A stretch of 64,000 nt of DNA from an uncultured Gammaproteobacteria bacterium (lineage in GTDB: Bacteria > Patescibacteriota > Microgenomatia > UBA10105 > UBA927): assembly GCA_964573695.1 (NCBI GenBank), contig CAZNKB010000002.1, positions 44,302-108,301 of the forward strand, read 5' to 3'. The notes beneath the pieces were generated by a model, which had not been told where the DNA came from, did not search any database, and saw nothing but the letters and a program-made list of their open reading frames with translations. A program made the translations under genes and the position numbers. Shown here one piece after another: positions 49,633 through 59,268 of the stretch. Position 1 is the first letter of the stretch; the number at the start of each line of letters is the position of its first letter.

Positions 49633-50577
49633 TCACAACGCGCGCAGGCGCTTGATACGTTCTTCTATCGGTGGATGTGTATTAAACGCATTCGCAAACC
49701 ATGCACCGAAATTTTTACCCTTAAACGGATTGGTGATATAAAGATGCGCAGTCGCATTGGTAGCCGCTTCCAACACTTCACGGTCTCGGCCGAGTTTTTC
49801 AAGTGCGCGGGCTAGCCCTTCGGGATACCGGGTAAGCTTGGCACCCGACACATCCGCCAGATACTCACGGTTGCGGCTGGCAGCCATCTGGATGAGCATA
49901 GCAAGAATAGGCGAGATAATGGCAAGTACTATCCCTATAATCATAAGGAGACCTCCGAGTCCGCGGTCATCATCGCGGTCGCGCCGACTGCCTCCCCACC
50001 ACAATGAACGGAGGAACATATCCGCCAAATAAGCTACGGTACCGACAAGGACCGCGACCACTGCCATAAGCCGGGTATCAAAGTTTTTGATGTGTGACAG
50101 CTCGTGGGCGATAACGCCTTCCAATTCGCGCCGGTCAAGGCGATCGAGTATGCCCGTGGTAGCTACCACGATCGCGTGCTGTGGATCTCTCCCAGTCGCA
50201 AACGCGTTCATGGCGGTGTCTTCTATAACATAGAGTCTTGGTTTGGGAATCCCAGCGGCAATCGACAAATTTTCTGCTACGGTAAAAAAGTCAAAATCCC
50301 GTTTGCGATCGGCAGGTCTCGCTTGCGACATCGCGATAATAAGAGAATCCCCAAAGTAATAGCTTGCAAAGCTTGAAATGACGGAAAATAATACGGCAAA
50401 CCACATGAAGCTGTTGCCGTACCCCGACGCCTGACCGAATACATAGGCCAAAAGAACGACAAAAACGATAAACGCGACCATGATCACGTACGTTTTGGTG
50501 ACATTCGACTGAATGGCGGAAGACAGTGTCATGTTGTCATTACGAGGGAATACGATGACCGAAGCAAGCTCGGCCAT
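49633..50577 (-). CDS. htpX: Zinc metalloprotease HtpX (M48)
   Basis: HELSHIKNFD HExxH motif, N-terminal TM helices. Alternative start around 50532. Confidence 0.9.
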   Translation of the reverse strand: MAELASVIVFPRNDNMTLSSAIQSNVTKTYVIMVAFIVFVVLLAYVFGQASGYGNSFMWFAVLFSVISSFASYYFGDSLIIAMSQARPADRKRDFDFFTVAENLSIAAGIPKPRLYVIEDTAMNAFATGRDPQHAIVVATTGILDRLDRRELEGVIAHELSHIKNFDTRLMAVVAVLVGTVAYLADMFLRSLWWGGSRRDRDDDRGLGGLLMIIGIVLAIISPILAMLIQMAASRNREYLADVSGAKLTRYPEGLARALEKLGRDREVLEAATNATAHLYITNPFKGKNFGAWFANAFNTHPPIEERIKRLRAL

Positions 50578-50615
50578 ACGGGGATCCCTCGATATAATTC
50601 TCGGGATGTCGTTTA

Positions 50616-51173
50616 TTATTCAAACGACACTTTCACACTCTTTCGTTCTTCCTCATTGGCTGCGAAAAATTCCTTCTCCAGGAATCCGAGCATTTCGTTG
50701 AATAAGGTATTCGGGAACGTCCGGATCCGGATATTGTAGTCGTTTACGACAGAATTGTAATACTGCCTGCTGTAGGCCACCTTGTCCTCGGTATCCGAAA
50801 GTTCCTTTTGGAGCTGAATAAAATTTTCGTTTGCCTTAAGCTGCGGGTAACTCTCCGCCACCGCAAACAGCTTCCCCAAAGCTCCGGTAAGCGCGTCACT
50901 TGCCTCTGCCTTGGCCGGCAATGATTTGGCTCCCATAAGCGCCGTTCGCGCTTTGGTTACCTCGGTAAAGACCGACTTTTCATGCTTGGCATACCCTTTT
51001 ACCGTACTCACGAGATTCGGGATCAAATCTGCACGGCGCTTAAGCTGGATATCTATCTGACTCCATGCCTCCTCAATCTGGGTCTTTAGGGATACCAATC
51101 CGTTGTAGAGTGACCAAAAATACATCACGACGAGGGCTACTGCCCCGAGTCCGATCCAAAGTGTTTGATTCAT
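50616..51173 (-). CDS. lemA: LemA-family protein
   Basis: N-terminal TM plus ...YNGLVSLKTQIEEAWSQIDIQLKRRADLIPNLV... LemA signature. Confidence 0.88.
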   Translation of the reverse strand: MNQTLWIGLGAVALVVMYFWSLYNGLVSLKTQIEEAWSQIDIQLKRRADLIPNLVSTVKGYAKHEKSVFTEVTKARTALMGAKSLPAKAEASDALTGALGKLFAVAESYPQLKANENFIQLQKELSDTEDKVAYSRQYYNSVVNDYNIRIRTFPNTLFNEMLGFLEKEFFAANEEERKSVKVSFE

Positions 51174-51191
51174 AAATATCCTCCTCCTTTT

Positions 51192-51455
51192 TTAGGATGC
51201 TGCTTTTTTTATAACTAATTTGCCCTGCTCTAGTGTAATTTCCCCCCGCCCTATCGCTGCGTAGTGCCTGCTGATTTCGAGACCGCGATTTTTGTGTCCC
51301 ATGCCTATCATGTGATCCGTCCGTACGTGTCGTTCGATCGCCTCTAGCGTCTCGTGCTCGCCGACAAATCCCATTGCTCCTGCACCGAAAAAACGAGCCG
51401 TTCTACAAATTTCGGGTTTACGTGGTTTGTCATACGATGTTATCTCATAAACCAC
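51192..51455 (-). CDS. Hypothetical protein (87 aa)
   Basis: ORF overlapping the polX stop by 16 nt in another frame. Confidence 0.4.
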   Translation of the reverse strand: MVYEITSYDKPRKPEICRTARFFGAGAMGFVGEHETLEAIERHVRTDHMIGMGHKNRGLEISRHYAAIGRGEITLEQGKLVIKKAAS

Positions 51456-53212
51456 GCCCTGAATTTATTATAGTCCAAGCAATTTTGTATGTCACGTTTT
51501 GTCGCCCATCCGCGTCGTGCGACCACCACTCCATAACGCATAAGATCCATGTGTTCTACCGCGTGAGCATCAGTATCGATCGTGAGTTTGACTCCCTGTT
51601 TGATCGCGTCAAATACCAAACTATCCGACAGATCGAGCCGCTCAGGAAACGCATTGATCTCCAAAGCGACATCTCGCAAACGGGCAACATCAAAAACTTT
51701 GGGCCAATCCGCATCCACTCCCTCCCTGCTTCCCAATAATCTTCCCGAAGGATGCCCGAAGATGCGCACTTTGGGGTGCGCACCAAGCGCTGCGATAATC
51801 CGGTTTGTCACCTGCTCCTTGGGCTGGGTAAACGCAGAATGAATAGACACAATCACTCCGTCGACATACTCCATAGCGGGCTCGGGTAGTGCAAGTCGCC
51901 CGTCCGGCAGGATGTCGACTTCGCACATGAGAAACATCTCCATATGCTTTTTGTGGGTTCGTTTCCAGGAAGCGACGTGACGCTCGTATGCGTCTTTGCG
52001 CCGCTTCATGATGTCCACGATCTCCCTCGGGGATTGGTTTGCTCTCGGGTTGTGATCCGAAAATCCGATATAGTCATACCCCAGCGCTTCGGCTTTGGTA
52101 AGCAACTCCTCTATGGAATTTTTGCCCAGATCATGAGAGGAATTGAGGTCGAAACTTGAATGCACGTGCAGGTCTCCGCGCATATCCTTGAGAGAGACAA
52201 GCGTGGGCAACGTCCCGCGTGTAGCAGCGTCTATCTCGCCTCTGTCCTCACGGAGCTCCGGGGGAATAAACGACAACCCTACCGCTTTATAAAATCCTTC
52301 TTCCGAACTGTATTTTTTGACCTTACCGGTCTTTACGTCTTTGATCCCGTATTCGTTAAGCGACAAGCCCTGCTCAAGCGCACGCGAACGAAGGGCGATG
52401 TTATGATTTTTGCTCCCGGTGAAATACTGCAGCATGGCCCCATACGCATCCGGCGTCTGCACCCGCAAGTCGGCCTGCCTGCCGTTGGACAAAAGCAACG
52501 TCGCACCACGGGGGCCGTGATCTATCACTTTCTGATGAGGAAATGTCAAAAACTGTTTGAGCACCACTTCCGGCTTACGGGTGGCGACTGCTATATCGAT
52601 ATCGCCGATTGTCGACACTTGGCGCCGCAAACTCCCGAGGACGTCGATATGCTCTACCGATCCGCCCTTTTGTATATGCGCAATCACCTCATTAGCCACC
52701 TGATCAGCGTACGGAAGCGGCATGCGGTTTTCTTTGATCGCTCCCCGCTTATAAATCGCTATCGACTCCAAAATGACAGACTGGGACTTTTCCCCGAAGC
52801 CCTCAATCGGTGCGATTTTGCCGGCTTTTGCCGCCTTTTCCACATCCTCAATGACTGTTTTGGCGTCCGTAAGTTTGAGGGTGTTGACCAAGACAAATGC
52901 TTTTTTGGGACCCAAACCCGGCACCAGAAGAAGCGGAAATATCGCCTGCGGCACGCGGGCAAAAACCGTTTCCCAATGTTTGGATTTACCCAGCCGGAAC
53001 AGTTCATCGAGGTTGCTTGCGATCCCGCCGCCTACCCCCGGGATGTCTTCCAGTTTATGGTCGTCCCAATAGTCCTTCACTTCGCTTGTTAAATGTTCGA
53101 TGCTGTCAGCGGCTCTCTCGTAGGCGATAATACGGAATCTGTTTTCACCCAATATCAAATACGCGGCTGCAACTTTACGAAGCAGTTCGGCAATTTGGGG
53201 GTTTGTCATCAT
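51440..53212 (-). CDS. polX: DNA polymerase X family protein with C-terminal PHP phosphoesterase domain
   Basis: Pol-beta-like HhH/palm N-terminal half (...IPGVGGGIASNLDEL..., GSLRR...GDIDI). PHP C-terminal half (HVHSSFD..., ...SDH...). Confidence 0.9.
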   Translation of the reverse strand: MMTNPQIAELLRKVAAAYLILGENRFRIIAYERAADSIEHLTSEVKDYWDDHKLEDIPGVGGGIASNLDELFRLGKSKHWETVFARVPQAIFPLLLVPGLGPKKAFVLVNTLKLTDAKTVIEDVEKAAKAGKIAPIEGFGEKSQSVILESIAIYKRGAIKENRMPLPYADQVANEVIAHIQKGGSVEHIDVLGSLRRQVSTIGDIDIAVATRKPEVVLKQFLTFPHQKVIDHGPRGATLLLSNGRQADLRVQTPDAYGAMLQYFTGSKNHNIALRSRALEQGLSLNEYGIKDVKTGKVKKYSSEEGFYKAVGLSFIPPELREDRGEIDAATRGTLPTLVSLKDMRGDLHVHSSFDLNSSHDLGKNSIEELLTKAEALGYDYIGFSDHNPRANQSPREIVDIMKRRKDAYERHVASWKRTHKKHMEMFLMCEVDILPDGRLALPEPAMEYVDGVIVSIHSAFTQPKEQVTNRIIAALGAHPKVRIFGHPSGRLLGSREGVDADWPKVFDVARLRDVALEINAFPERLDLSDSLVFDAIKQGVKLTIDTDAHAVEHMDLMRYGVVVARRGWATKRDIQNCLDYNKFRAWFMR

Positions 53213-53320
53213 AATTACGGCCTCTCAATCATAACAAATCGCTTGAACGGCCTCAATTATCATGATAAGATCAAAGTCGTCTGGGATCGGAGGCTTTTTG
53301 AAAAATCGAATATAACCAAC

Positions 53321-53395
53321 GGGATCGTAGCTCAGCCTGGTTAGAGCGCCTCCCTGTCAAGGAGGAGGTCGCCGGTTCGAGTCCGGTCGGTCCCG
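53321..53395 (+). tRNA. tRNA-Asp (anticodon GTC)
   Basis: GGGATCGTAGCTCAGCCTGGTTAGAGCGCCTCCCTGTCAAGGAGGAGGTCGCCGGTTCGAGTCCGGTCGGTCCCG. Confidence 0.88.
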
Positions 53396-53434
53396 CAAGT
53401 TCCTATCTCTGCCTGGAACGGAGGAAATGAATAG

Positions 53435-53980
53435 ATGGTAGAACAACTCAAAAAGAAATTAAGCAATCCAGATTCTTTGGTTTCACTCTTTTTAGGCATT
53501 GCTGTCGTTGCAGTTATCGTCGTCATGATTTTTAACTACATCAAAGAGAAAAAGGCGACCGACAACACGCAAGCAGACGCAAAGACAGAGCAAAATGCTA
53601 CCGCCTCGGCCACAGCCACGACGCATACCGTCGCAGTTGGAGACACACTTTGGAGTATAGCAACAGCAAAAATAGGCAGTGGGTACAACTGGGTCGATAT
53701 CAGAGACGCAAACAAACTTACAAATGCCGACCGGATAGAAGTCGGACAACAGTTGATAATTCCGGCCGTAGCCAAACGTGAGCCAGGACAAATAGAGGCA
53801 GCGACAGTCGAAGTCAAACGTCCGGCAGACGGAAAATATACAGTCGTCAAAGGCGATACGTTATGGAAAATCGCCACGGCAGTATATGGCACCGGTTTCC
53901 GCTGGTCAGAAATCGCCAAGGCAAATAATTTATCGAATCCGAATCTGATCTTTAGCGGCAACGTCCTGACGCTGCCCTAA
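53435..53980 (+). CDS. LysM-domain protein (TM anchor plus 2 LysM repeats)
   Basis: Two HTV(A/V)xGDTLWxIA...NxxxI..GQxLxIP LysM repeats. Confidence 0.85.
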   Translation: MVEQLKKKLSNPDSLVSLFLGIAVVAVIVVMIFNYIKEKKATDNTQADAKTEQNATASATATTHTVAVGDTLWSIATAKIGSGYNWVDIRDANKLTNADRIEVGQQLIIPAVAKREPGQIEAATVEVKRPADGKYTVVKGDTLWKIATAVYGTGFRWSEIAKANNLSNPNLIFSGNVLTLP

Positions 53981-54035
53981 AAGTGTTTTTTTGATACACT
54001 GGAAAAAGGGAATCCTACACATGGGAATCCCTTGT

Positions 54036-54085
54036 CGCGGGATTAGTCGCCTCTTCGGCGACCCGCCGATGAGGCGGGTACACTC
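54036..54085 (+). repeat. Scrambled duplicate of the tRNA-Gly 5' end interrupted by two hairpins
   Basis: GTCGCGGGATTAGT (compare tRNA GTGCGGGCGTAGT), then hairpins GTCGCCtcttcGGCGAC and CCCGCCgatgaGGCGGG, then GTACACTCA (compare tRNA D-arm GTACACTGG). A further TACACTGG copy lies at 53995-54002. Confidence 0.45.
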
Positions 54086-54087
54086 AT

Positions 54088-54354
54088 ATGTATTATGTTT
54101 ACGTATTGGTAAGCAAGATAAATAAGAGTAAATACATAGGCTCAACAAGTAATCTTAAACAACGAATCAGTGATCATAACGAAAAACAAGGGGGCACGTA
54201 TACCAAAAAATATGCCCCCTTTGATTTAGTTTTCTATGAGGCCTATCTTGCAAAGAAAGATGCGATGAAACAAGAATTATTTTATAAGAGCGGGTACGGA
54301 CGAGAAGTATTACATGGTAAAATTGAATGGAGTCTAAAGTTAGTGCGGGCGTAG
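54088..54354 (+). CDS. Mini GIY-YIG nuclease-domain protein (YhbQ/UPF0213-like), 88 aa, paralogue of 27059-27316. The stop codon is U8-A9-G10 of tRNA-Gly.
   Basis: YYVYVLVSKINKSKYIGSTSNLKQRISDHNEKQGG.... The last 3 codons plus TAG are encoded by tRNA-Gly positions 1-10. AT-rich. Confidence 0.8.
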   Translation: MYYVYVLVSKINKSKYIGSTSNLKQRISDHNEKQGGTYTKKYAPFDLVFYEAYLAKKDAMKQELFYKSGYGREVLHGKIEWSLKLVRA

Positions 54355-54415
54355 TACACTGGTAGTATATATCCTTCCCAAGGATAGGAAGAGGGTTCGA
54401 TTCCCTTCGCCCGCT
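54345..54415 (+). tRNA. tRNA-Gly (anticodon CCC)
   Basis: GCGGGCGTAGTACACTGGTAGTATATATCCTTCCCAAGGATAGGAAGAGGGTTCGATTCCCTTCGCCCGCT. Confidence 0.85.
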
Positions 54416-54420
54416 CAAAT

Positions 54421-55383
54421 TTGCTACACTGGTTCTCTATGCTCCAGCATATCCTACTTTATATCGTATCGTTTGTCGGTATATGGATAGGGGCGGGACT
54501 TGCGATATCGTCAGTCGTTAAACTCTCGCACCGACTTCGATTATCTTCTTTTATCGTTTCATTTCTCATCCTTGGCTTTTTTACGTCTATCAGCGAATTT
54601 TCGGTAGGCATCAATGCGGTTCTCGATAACGACCCCGAAATATTTGTCGGCAATTTAATCGGGGCTTCAATCGTACTTTTTATGTTGGTTATACCTCTGC
54701 TCGCTATCACAGGGAAACAAATCCGAATAAGTAAAGAACTGCAGGGCGTCAATCTTGTATTACCCCTTATCGTCGTAGCCGTTCCCGTACTCTTATCACT
54801 GGACGGTTCCGTAAACCGGATAGATGCGGCAATATCACTCATTCTATACGGTATTTCCGCGTTCATTATCGAACAAAAACGCGGATTCACCAGCAATCCA
54901 GCACTATTTAAACAATTTGCGAAGGCAAAAGTCAGTGTTGAGTTTGGAAAAATAATTGCCGGCGTTGCCGTAATTTTCGCTTCCAGTCATTTGGTGGTTA
55001 CAGAAACTCTCTATTTTTCCGAATACTTCGGACTCTCGCCATTTCTTATCAGCTTACTTCTTGTAGCTATTGGCACCAACCTGCCGGAACTGTCGTTTAT
55101 CGTCCGGTCATTGTTTATGAAAAGCAACCAAGTGGCATTCGGGGATTATCTGGGATCTGCTGCATTCAATACGTTTCTGTACGGATTTCTAACACTATGT
55201 TTTGGGAGGACAATCCTGCTTACCAACAACTATGTCGTGAGTCTTACGTTTCTTATTGTCGGGCTTGTACTATTTTATATATTCGCCCGCAGTAAACACA
55301 CGATCTCCAAAAGCGAAGCGGCGGGATTATTTGCTATCTACGTCCTTTTCCTATTCACCGAATACTATCTGCACAAAGGCTAA
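54421..55383 (+). CDS. Na+/Ca2+-exchanger (CaCA/YrbG-like) membrane protein
   Basis: Two alpha-repeat regions with ...IGTNLPELSF... (GTSLPE-type) motif. About 10 TM helices. Probable start at M7 (54439). Confidence 0.85.
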   Translation: MLHWFSMLQHILLYIVSFVGIWIGAGLAISSVVKLSHRLRLSSFIVSFLILGFFTSISEFSVGINAVLDNDPEIFVGNLIGASIVLFMLVIPLLAITGKQIRISKELQGVNLVLPLIVVAVPVLLSLDGSVNRIDAAISLILYGISAFIIEQKRGFTSNPALFKQFAKAKVSVEFGKIIAGVAVIFASSHLVVTETLYFSEYFGLSPFLISLLLVAIGTNLPELSFIVRSLFMKSNQVAFGDYLGSAAFNTFLYGFLTLCFGRTILLTNNYVVSLTFLIVGLVLFYIFARSKHTISKSEAAGLFAIYVLFLFTEYYLHKG

Positions 55384-55391
55384 CGAAAGAA

Positions 55392-56375
55392 TTAGTTGAG
55401 GAACGTGCGGATGTTCTCCACATGCTCTTCATACGTTACTGCACAGTGAATCTGCCGATCTGGCGAATGCAGATAAAAAATACAATCGGTTTCCTCGGGA
55501 TTAAGAACCGCTTCAATGGCCGCTAGTCCCGGATTGCTGATAGGACCCGGAGGTAAGCCTTTGTTGCGGTAGGTGTTGTAAGGCGAATCCCGATATTTGT
55601 CCGCCGGCACCACTCTCGACCACCAGCCGTCGTTTGCATTACCTTTGACATATTGGAGCGTCGCGTCGATTTCGAGCTTCATATCCTTGTCGAGCCGGTT
55701 CCAAATCACACCGGCAATGAGCGCCTTATCACTATCGCCGCCGGATTCGCGCTCTATAAGCGATGCGATTTTTATCGCGGTCGTCCATTTGATGTTTTTG
55801 GCCGTAAATTTATCGAGGTACGGTGCGAATTTTTCGTTGAATCGATCGATAAACCGCTTCGCAACAGCCGACACCGGCTCGTCGGTCGGGAGCAAATACG
55901 TATCGGGAAAATATACGCCTTCGGAATACTCAGGTGAATCTTTGTTGTACATGTTCCACTGAGCTTCCTCTTCAAGGGTCCACCCGAGTATAGTAGCGAG
56001 ATATTCGCCGACCTGCTCTTTGCGGATCCCTTCTCGGATACTTACCCACACCAACTGAGGCGGGCTGGTTAACGCCGTCACCAATGACCAGGCAGTCATG
56101 GACGGATTAAGGCGGTAGCCGCCGGGAACTGTAGATTTACCAGGGCCAAATAACATCATGAACCAACGAAATGCCGTCTCATTCCGTATAAGACGCTGAG
56201 CATACAACTCCTTCGGCACATCAAAATCAGCCGAAAGTTGGGGAACCACAAACACGATGTCATCCGCTGTCTTCCCCCCGACCGGACCTAACAGCTTCCA
56301 CATCCCAATGGAAATAAGGCTTAATGAAACGACAAATGCTATAACGAACGGGAGAATATGCTTCATCGGGAACAA
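55392..56375 (-). CDS. mltG: Endolytic murein transglycosylase MltG (YceG family)
   Basis: N-terminal TM anchor. YceG-like core with conserved E in ...LIERESGGDSDKALIAGVIWNRL.... Confidence 0.88.
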   Translation of the reverse strand: MFPMKHILPFVIAFVVSLSLISIGMWKLLGPVGGKTADDIVFVVPQLSADFDVPKELYAQRLIRNETAFRWFMMLFGPGKSTVPGGYRLNPSMTAWSLVTALTSPPQLVWVSIREGIRKEQVGEYLATILGWTLEEEAQWNMYNKDSPEYSEGVYFPDTYLLPTDEPVSAVAKRFIDRFNEKFAPYLDKFTAKNIKWTTAIKIASLIERESGGDSDKALIAGVIWNRLDKDMKLEIDATLQYVKGNANDGWWSRVVPADKYRDSPYNTYRNKGLPPGPISNPGLAAIEAVLNPEETDCIFYLHSPDRQIHCAVTYEEHVENIRTFLN

Positions 56376-56405
56376 AAAGTGTTTTCCTCATGATACAATC
56401 AACGC

Positions 56406-57281
56406 GTGGAAAACTCCATGACGATACTCACTCCCGACGACTGGAAAGACTACGAACTTATCGACAGCGGCAACGGCGCTAAATTGGAACGTTTTGGGAC
56501 GTACATTATTGCCCGGCCCGATCCGCGGGCGATCTGGCTCCGCAGGGCGCCCGTCGCCGTATGGAACCAGGCCCATGCCGTATATGTACGCGGAACAAAA
56601 GACGAAGGACATTGGGATATCCGCGTCAAACCTCCCTCAGACTGGTCTATCCGATACCATAATATGGTTTTTACCCTTAAACCGACATCATTTAAACATG
56701 TCGGTGTGTTTCCCGAACAAGCCGTTAACTGGCAGTGGATGAAGCACATTATCACCGGCAAAAAAAGCCGAATCCTCAATCTTTTCGCTTATACCGGAGG
56801 AGCCACTATGGCGGCAGCCGAAGCAGGAAGCGACGTGACACACGTAGACAGCGCCAAAAGTGCGATCGAATGGGCAAAAGCGAACGTACAAGCATCAGGG
56901 CTCGCTTCCAAGCCGATCCGCTGGATTACCGATGACGCATATAAATTCGTGCAACGCGAAGCACGAAGAGGCAACACCTACGACGGATTCGTACTCGATC
57001 CTCCGCGGTTCGGCCGTGGCACCAAAGGCGAAGTCTGGAAAATAGAAGACGATCTCCCGAAATTACTAAATGCACTTCGCCCGCTTCTCTCACCCAACGT
57101 GCGATTTATTTTGATCAATGCCTATACCGCCGATTTATCCAGTACCGTCATTTCTCGATTATTAAGCGACCTCACGGACCTGTTGGGCGGGACACATACA
57201 AGCGGTGAATTGGCACTTCGGGATTCCTCGGGTAATCAGCTCCTGCCAAATGGTATTTTTGCCCGGTGGTCAGCTTTGTGA
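56406..57281 (+). CDS. Class I SAM-dependent (rRNA large subunit RlmI/RlmK-like) methyltransferase
   Basis: LNLFAYTGGATMAAA SAM-binding motif I. VLDPPRF motif IV (DPP). Confidence 0.8.
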   Translation: MENSMTILTPDDWKDYELIDSGNGAKLERFGTYIIARPDPRAIWLRRAPVAVWNQAHAVYVRGTKDEGHWDIRVKPPSDWSIRYHNMVFTLKPTSFKHVGVFPEQAVNWQWMKHIITGKKSRILNLFAYTGGATMAAAEAGSDVTHVDSAKSAIEWAKANVQASGLASKPIRWITDDAYKFVQREARRGNTYDGFVLDPPRFGRGTKGEVWKIEDDLPKLLNALRPLLSPNVRFILINAYTADLSSTVISRLLSDLTDLLGGTHTSGELALRDSSGNQLLPNGIFARWSAL

Positions 57282-57321
57282 CCTATCGATAATTTGATAC
57301 AATAGAGTACGTTTCTGTAGT

Positions 57322-57395
57322 GCCCCTTTAGCTCAACGGCAGAGCAGCGGTATCGTAAACCGTAGATGTCAGTCCAATTCTGACAAGGGGCTCCA
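57322..57395 (+). tRNA. tRNA-Thr (anticodon CGT) with encoded CCA and an atypical T-loop (UCCAAUU)
   Basis: GCCCCTTTAGCTCAACGGCAGAGCAGCGGTATCGTAAACCGTAGATGTCAGTCCAATTCTGACAAGGGGCTCCA. Confidence 0.75.
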
Positions 57396-58105
57396 TGGTT
57401 CATTCACGACTCCGCCGGTTTGAAGAAAAAAACGCCTCGCGACGTATAGCGGTAGCATTGATCGGCACTATAGCACTGCTCGTGTTTTTCGCGTTGTTTG
57501 GTCTTCGGATGCTCATTGGGTTTAGTTTGCTTATCGACCGCATTCGCGGCGGATCAGCGTCTCCACAACCACAACAATCCGTCATTCTTCCGCCGGTATT
57601 GGATCCTCTGCCGGAAGCGACCAGCAGCGCGACGATAACAGTCCATGGGAAGGCGACACCCAAAGCCGGACTTATCCTATATCTCAATAATACGGAATAC
57701 AAAAAGCTACAAGTTGGAGATAACGGCCTGTTTGAAGAACAAAATATTCCCGTGGAAGAAGGATCCGTCACCATAAGCGCCAAAACCGTAGATGAAAAAA
57801 ATGCGGTCAGCGAACTTTCCAATGTCCTCACGTCGACCGTCGACCGGACAGCCCCCAAGCTCACGGTCGACAAACCGGAAGACCGGTCAACTATCAATGA
57901 CGGCACACACAAAGTGACGGTAAACGGACTCACGGACGAAGATATGAAAGTTACGATTAACGGCCGCATTGTCGTCGTCAAATCCGACGGGTCATTTAGT
58001 TACAGCATGCCGCTTAATGACGGAGAAAACAAACTGACTATTCTCTCTCACGACCCCGCAGGAAACGAAACGAAAGTGGAACGCACCGTCATGTATCAGC
58101 CGTAA
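57395..58105 (+). CDS. Membrane-anchored protein with Ig-like (Big-type) beta-sandwich repeats, 236 aa
   Basis: Signal-anchor helix. Repeated ...VTVNGLTDEDMKVTINGRIVVVKSDGSFSYSMPLNDGENKLTI... bacterial-Ig-like pattern. The ATG overlaps the last base of the tRNA CCA. Confidence 0.6.
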   Translation: MVHSRLRRFEEKNASRRIAVALIGTIALLVFFALFGLRMLIGFSLLIDRIRGGSASPQPQQSVILPPVLDPLPEATSSATITVHGKATPKAGLILYLNNTEYKKLQVGDNGLFEEQNIPVEEGSVTISAKTVDEKNAVSELSNVLTSTVDRTAPKLTVDKPEDRSTINDGTHKVTVNGLTDEDMKVTINGRIVVVKSDGSFSYSMPLNDGENKLTILSHDPAGNETKVERTVMYQP

Positions 58106-59267
58106 GACGCTCAGTTACTCCTGTCCCCACCCACATCCACACAAGTACCCAAGGATAAAACAGACTATTGATAAATATACTATGGACGACGAGTGCGGAG
58201 AGCGTACTTATGTATCCTGCCGCAACGAGGCGCTGTTTGGTATTTCCCCGTAATCCGGGAATGGCCATACGGAATAAACGAACGATAAGCCACAGATAAA
58301 CCGCCATGCCGATTATCCCCGTCGTCGCTCCGACAAATAGCATGCTCGTATCGAGTCCCGAGCCGCTACGCGACGGGATGAGGCTCTCGTCGATCCAGCT
58401 ATGATCGGTCGCCACAAACCGCAACAGATTATATCCGTGTCCGAACACCGGTTTTTCCCGGATGAGTGTGAGGGCACGCTCGGCGTTCCCTATTCTCGCA
58501 TACGAAGAAACAGTGCGAAAAAGACTTCTCCCCTCACCCGTATGCGGAAGCACAAGGAGTAATGCGATAACCGCCGCAAGAATCCCGCCCATAAGCGCCT
58601 TGCGCTTTGTCAGTATGCCGAATATCAAAAATCCTACCCCTGCGGCAAGCAGGCTGCTTCGTGAATAGGTAAGGATCAGCGCGGCCAACACAACGAGAAG
58701 ACCGCCCACATGAACAGCCGATACCTTTTTCTGTACGGCGCTAAGCAAAGCTATAGCAGTCATGACGAAGATAATCCCGCTAAAATTCGGATCCAATAAC
58801 GTGCTAAAAAGCCGCTGATAGTGCGGATCCCACCCCAGGTAATACAGGTTCCGCAGATCCGGATACCACAGATACTGCACAAACCCTATTCCCGAAATTC
58901 CAAGCCCCGAATACACAAGCAAGGTAACCCAAGTCCCCGGAGCGATGAGGTTGCTGGAAGCGACCCAATACAATGCCGCGTAGGACACCCAACGAAGAAC
59001 ATAGAGAAGTCCTCCTCCGATCACATAGGTCGGCACGTTTCCGTACGTCAGTGCAAGAGAAACAATAGTCACTGCCCCAAATGCCAAAATCGGACCCCAA
59101 AGTGGAGGGATATATCGCTTCTTCCCCTGTTTGGTAGCGGAGTAAAGTAAAACAAGTACCACGGAAACATCCAGAAACATGAAGCGAGCACCCGCTGTAA
59201 ACGGCAGCGACAACACCTGACCACCGATGAGCCCGATCCACAACAAAGCAAGAATTATCGTTTGCAT
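58089..59267 (-). CDS. O-antigen ligase/polymerase-like (Wzy_C) polytopic membrane protein
   Basis: About 10 TM helices plus a large periplasmic loop ...LILTYSRSSLLAAGVGFL... typical of Wzy_C. Start taken at ATG 59265-59267. Confidence 0.65.
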   Translation of the reverse strand: MQTIILALLWIGLIGGQVLSLPFTAGARFMFLDVSVVLVLLYSATKQGKKRYIPPLWGPILAFGAVTIVSLALTYGNVPTYVIGGGLLYVLRWVSYAALYWVASSNLIAPGTWVTLLVYSGLGISGIGFVQYLWYPDLRNLYYLGWDPHYQRLFSTLLDPNFSGIIFVMTAIALLSAVQKKVSAVHVGGLLVVLAALILTYSRSSLLAAGVGFLIFGILTKRKALMGGILAAVIALLLVLPHTGEGRSLFRTVSSYARIGNAERALTLIREKPVFGHGYNLLRFVATDHSWIDESLIPSRSGSGLDTSMLFVGATTGIIGMAVYLWLIVRLFRMAIPGLRGNTKQRLVAAGYISTLSALVVHSIFINSLFYPWVLVWMWVGTGVTERLTADT

Positions 59268-59268
59268 A

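Noticed and set aside
52160-53092. 310-aa plus-strand ORF
   Set aside because: Antisense to polX.
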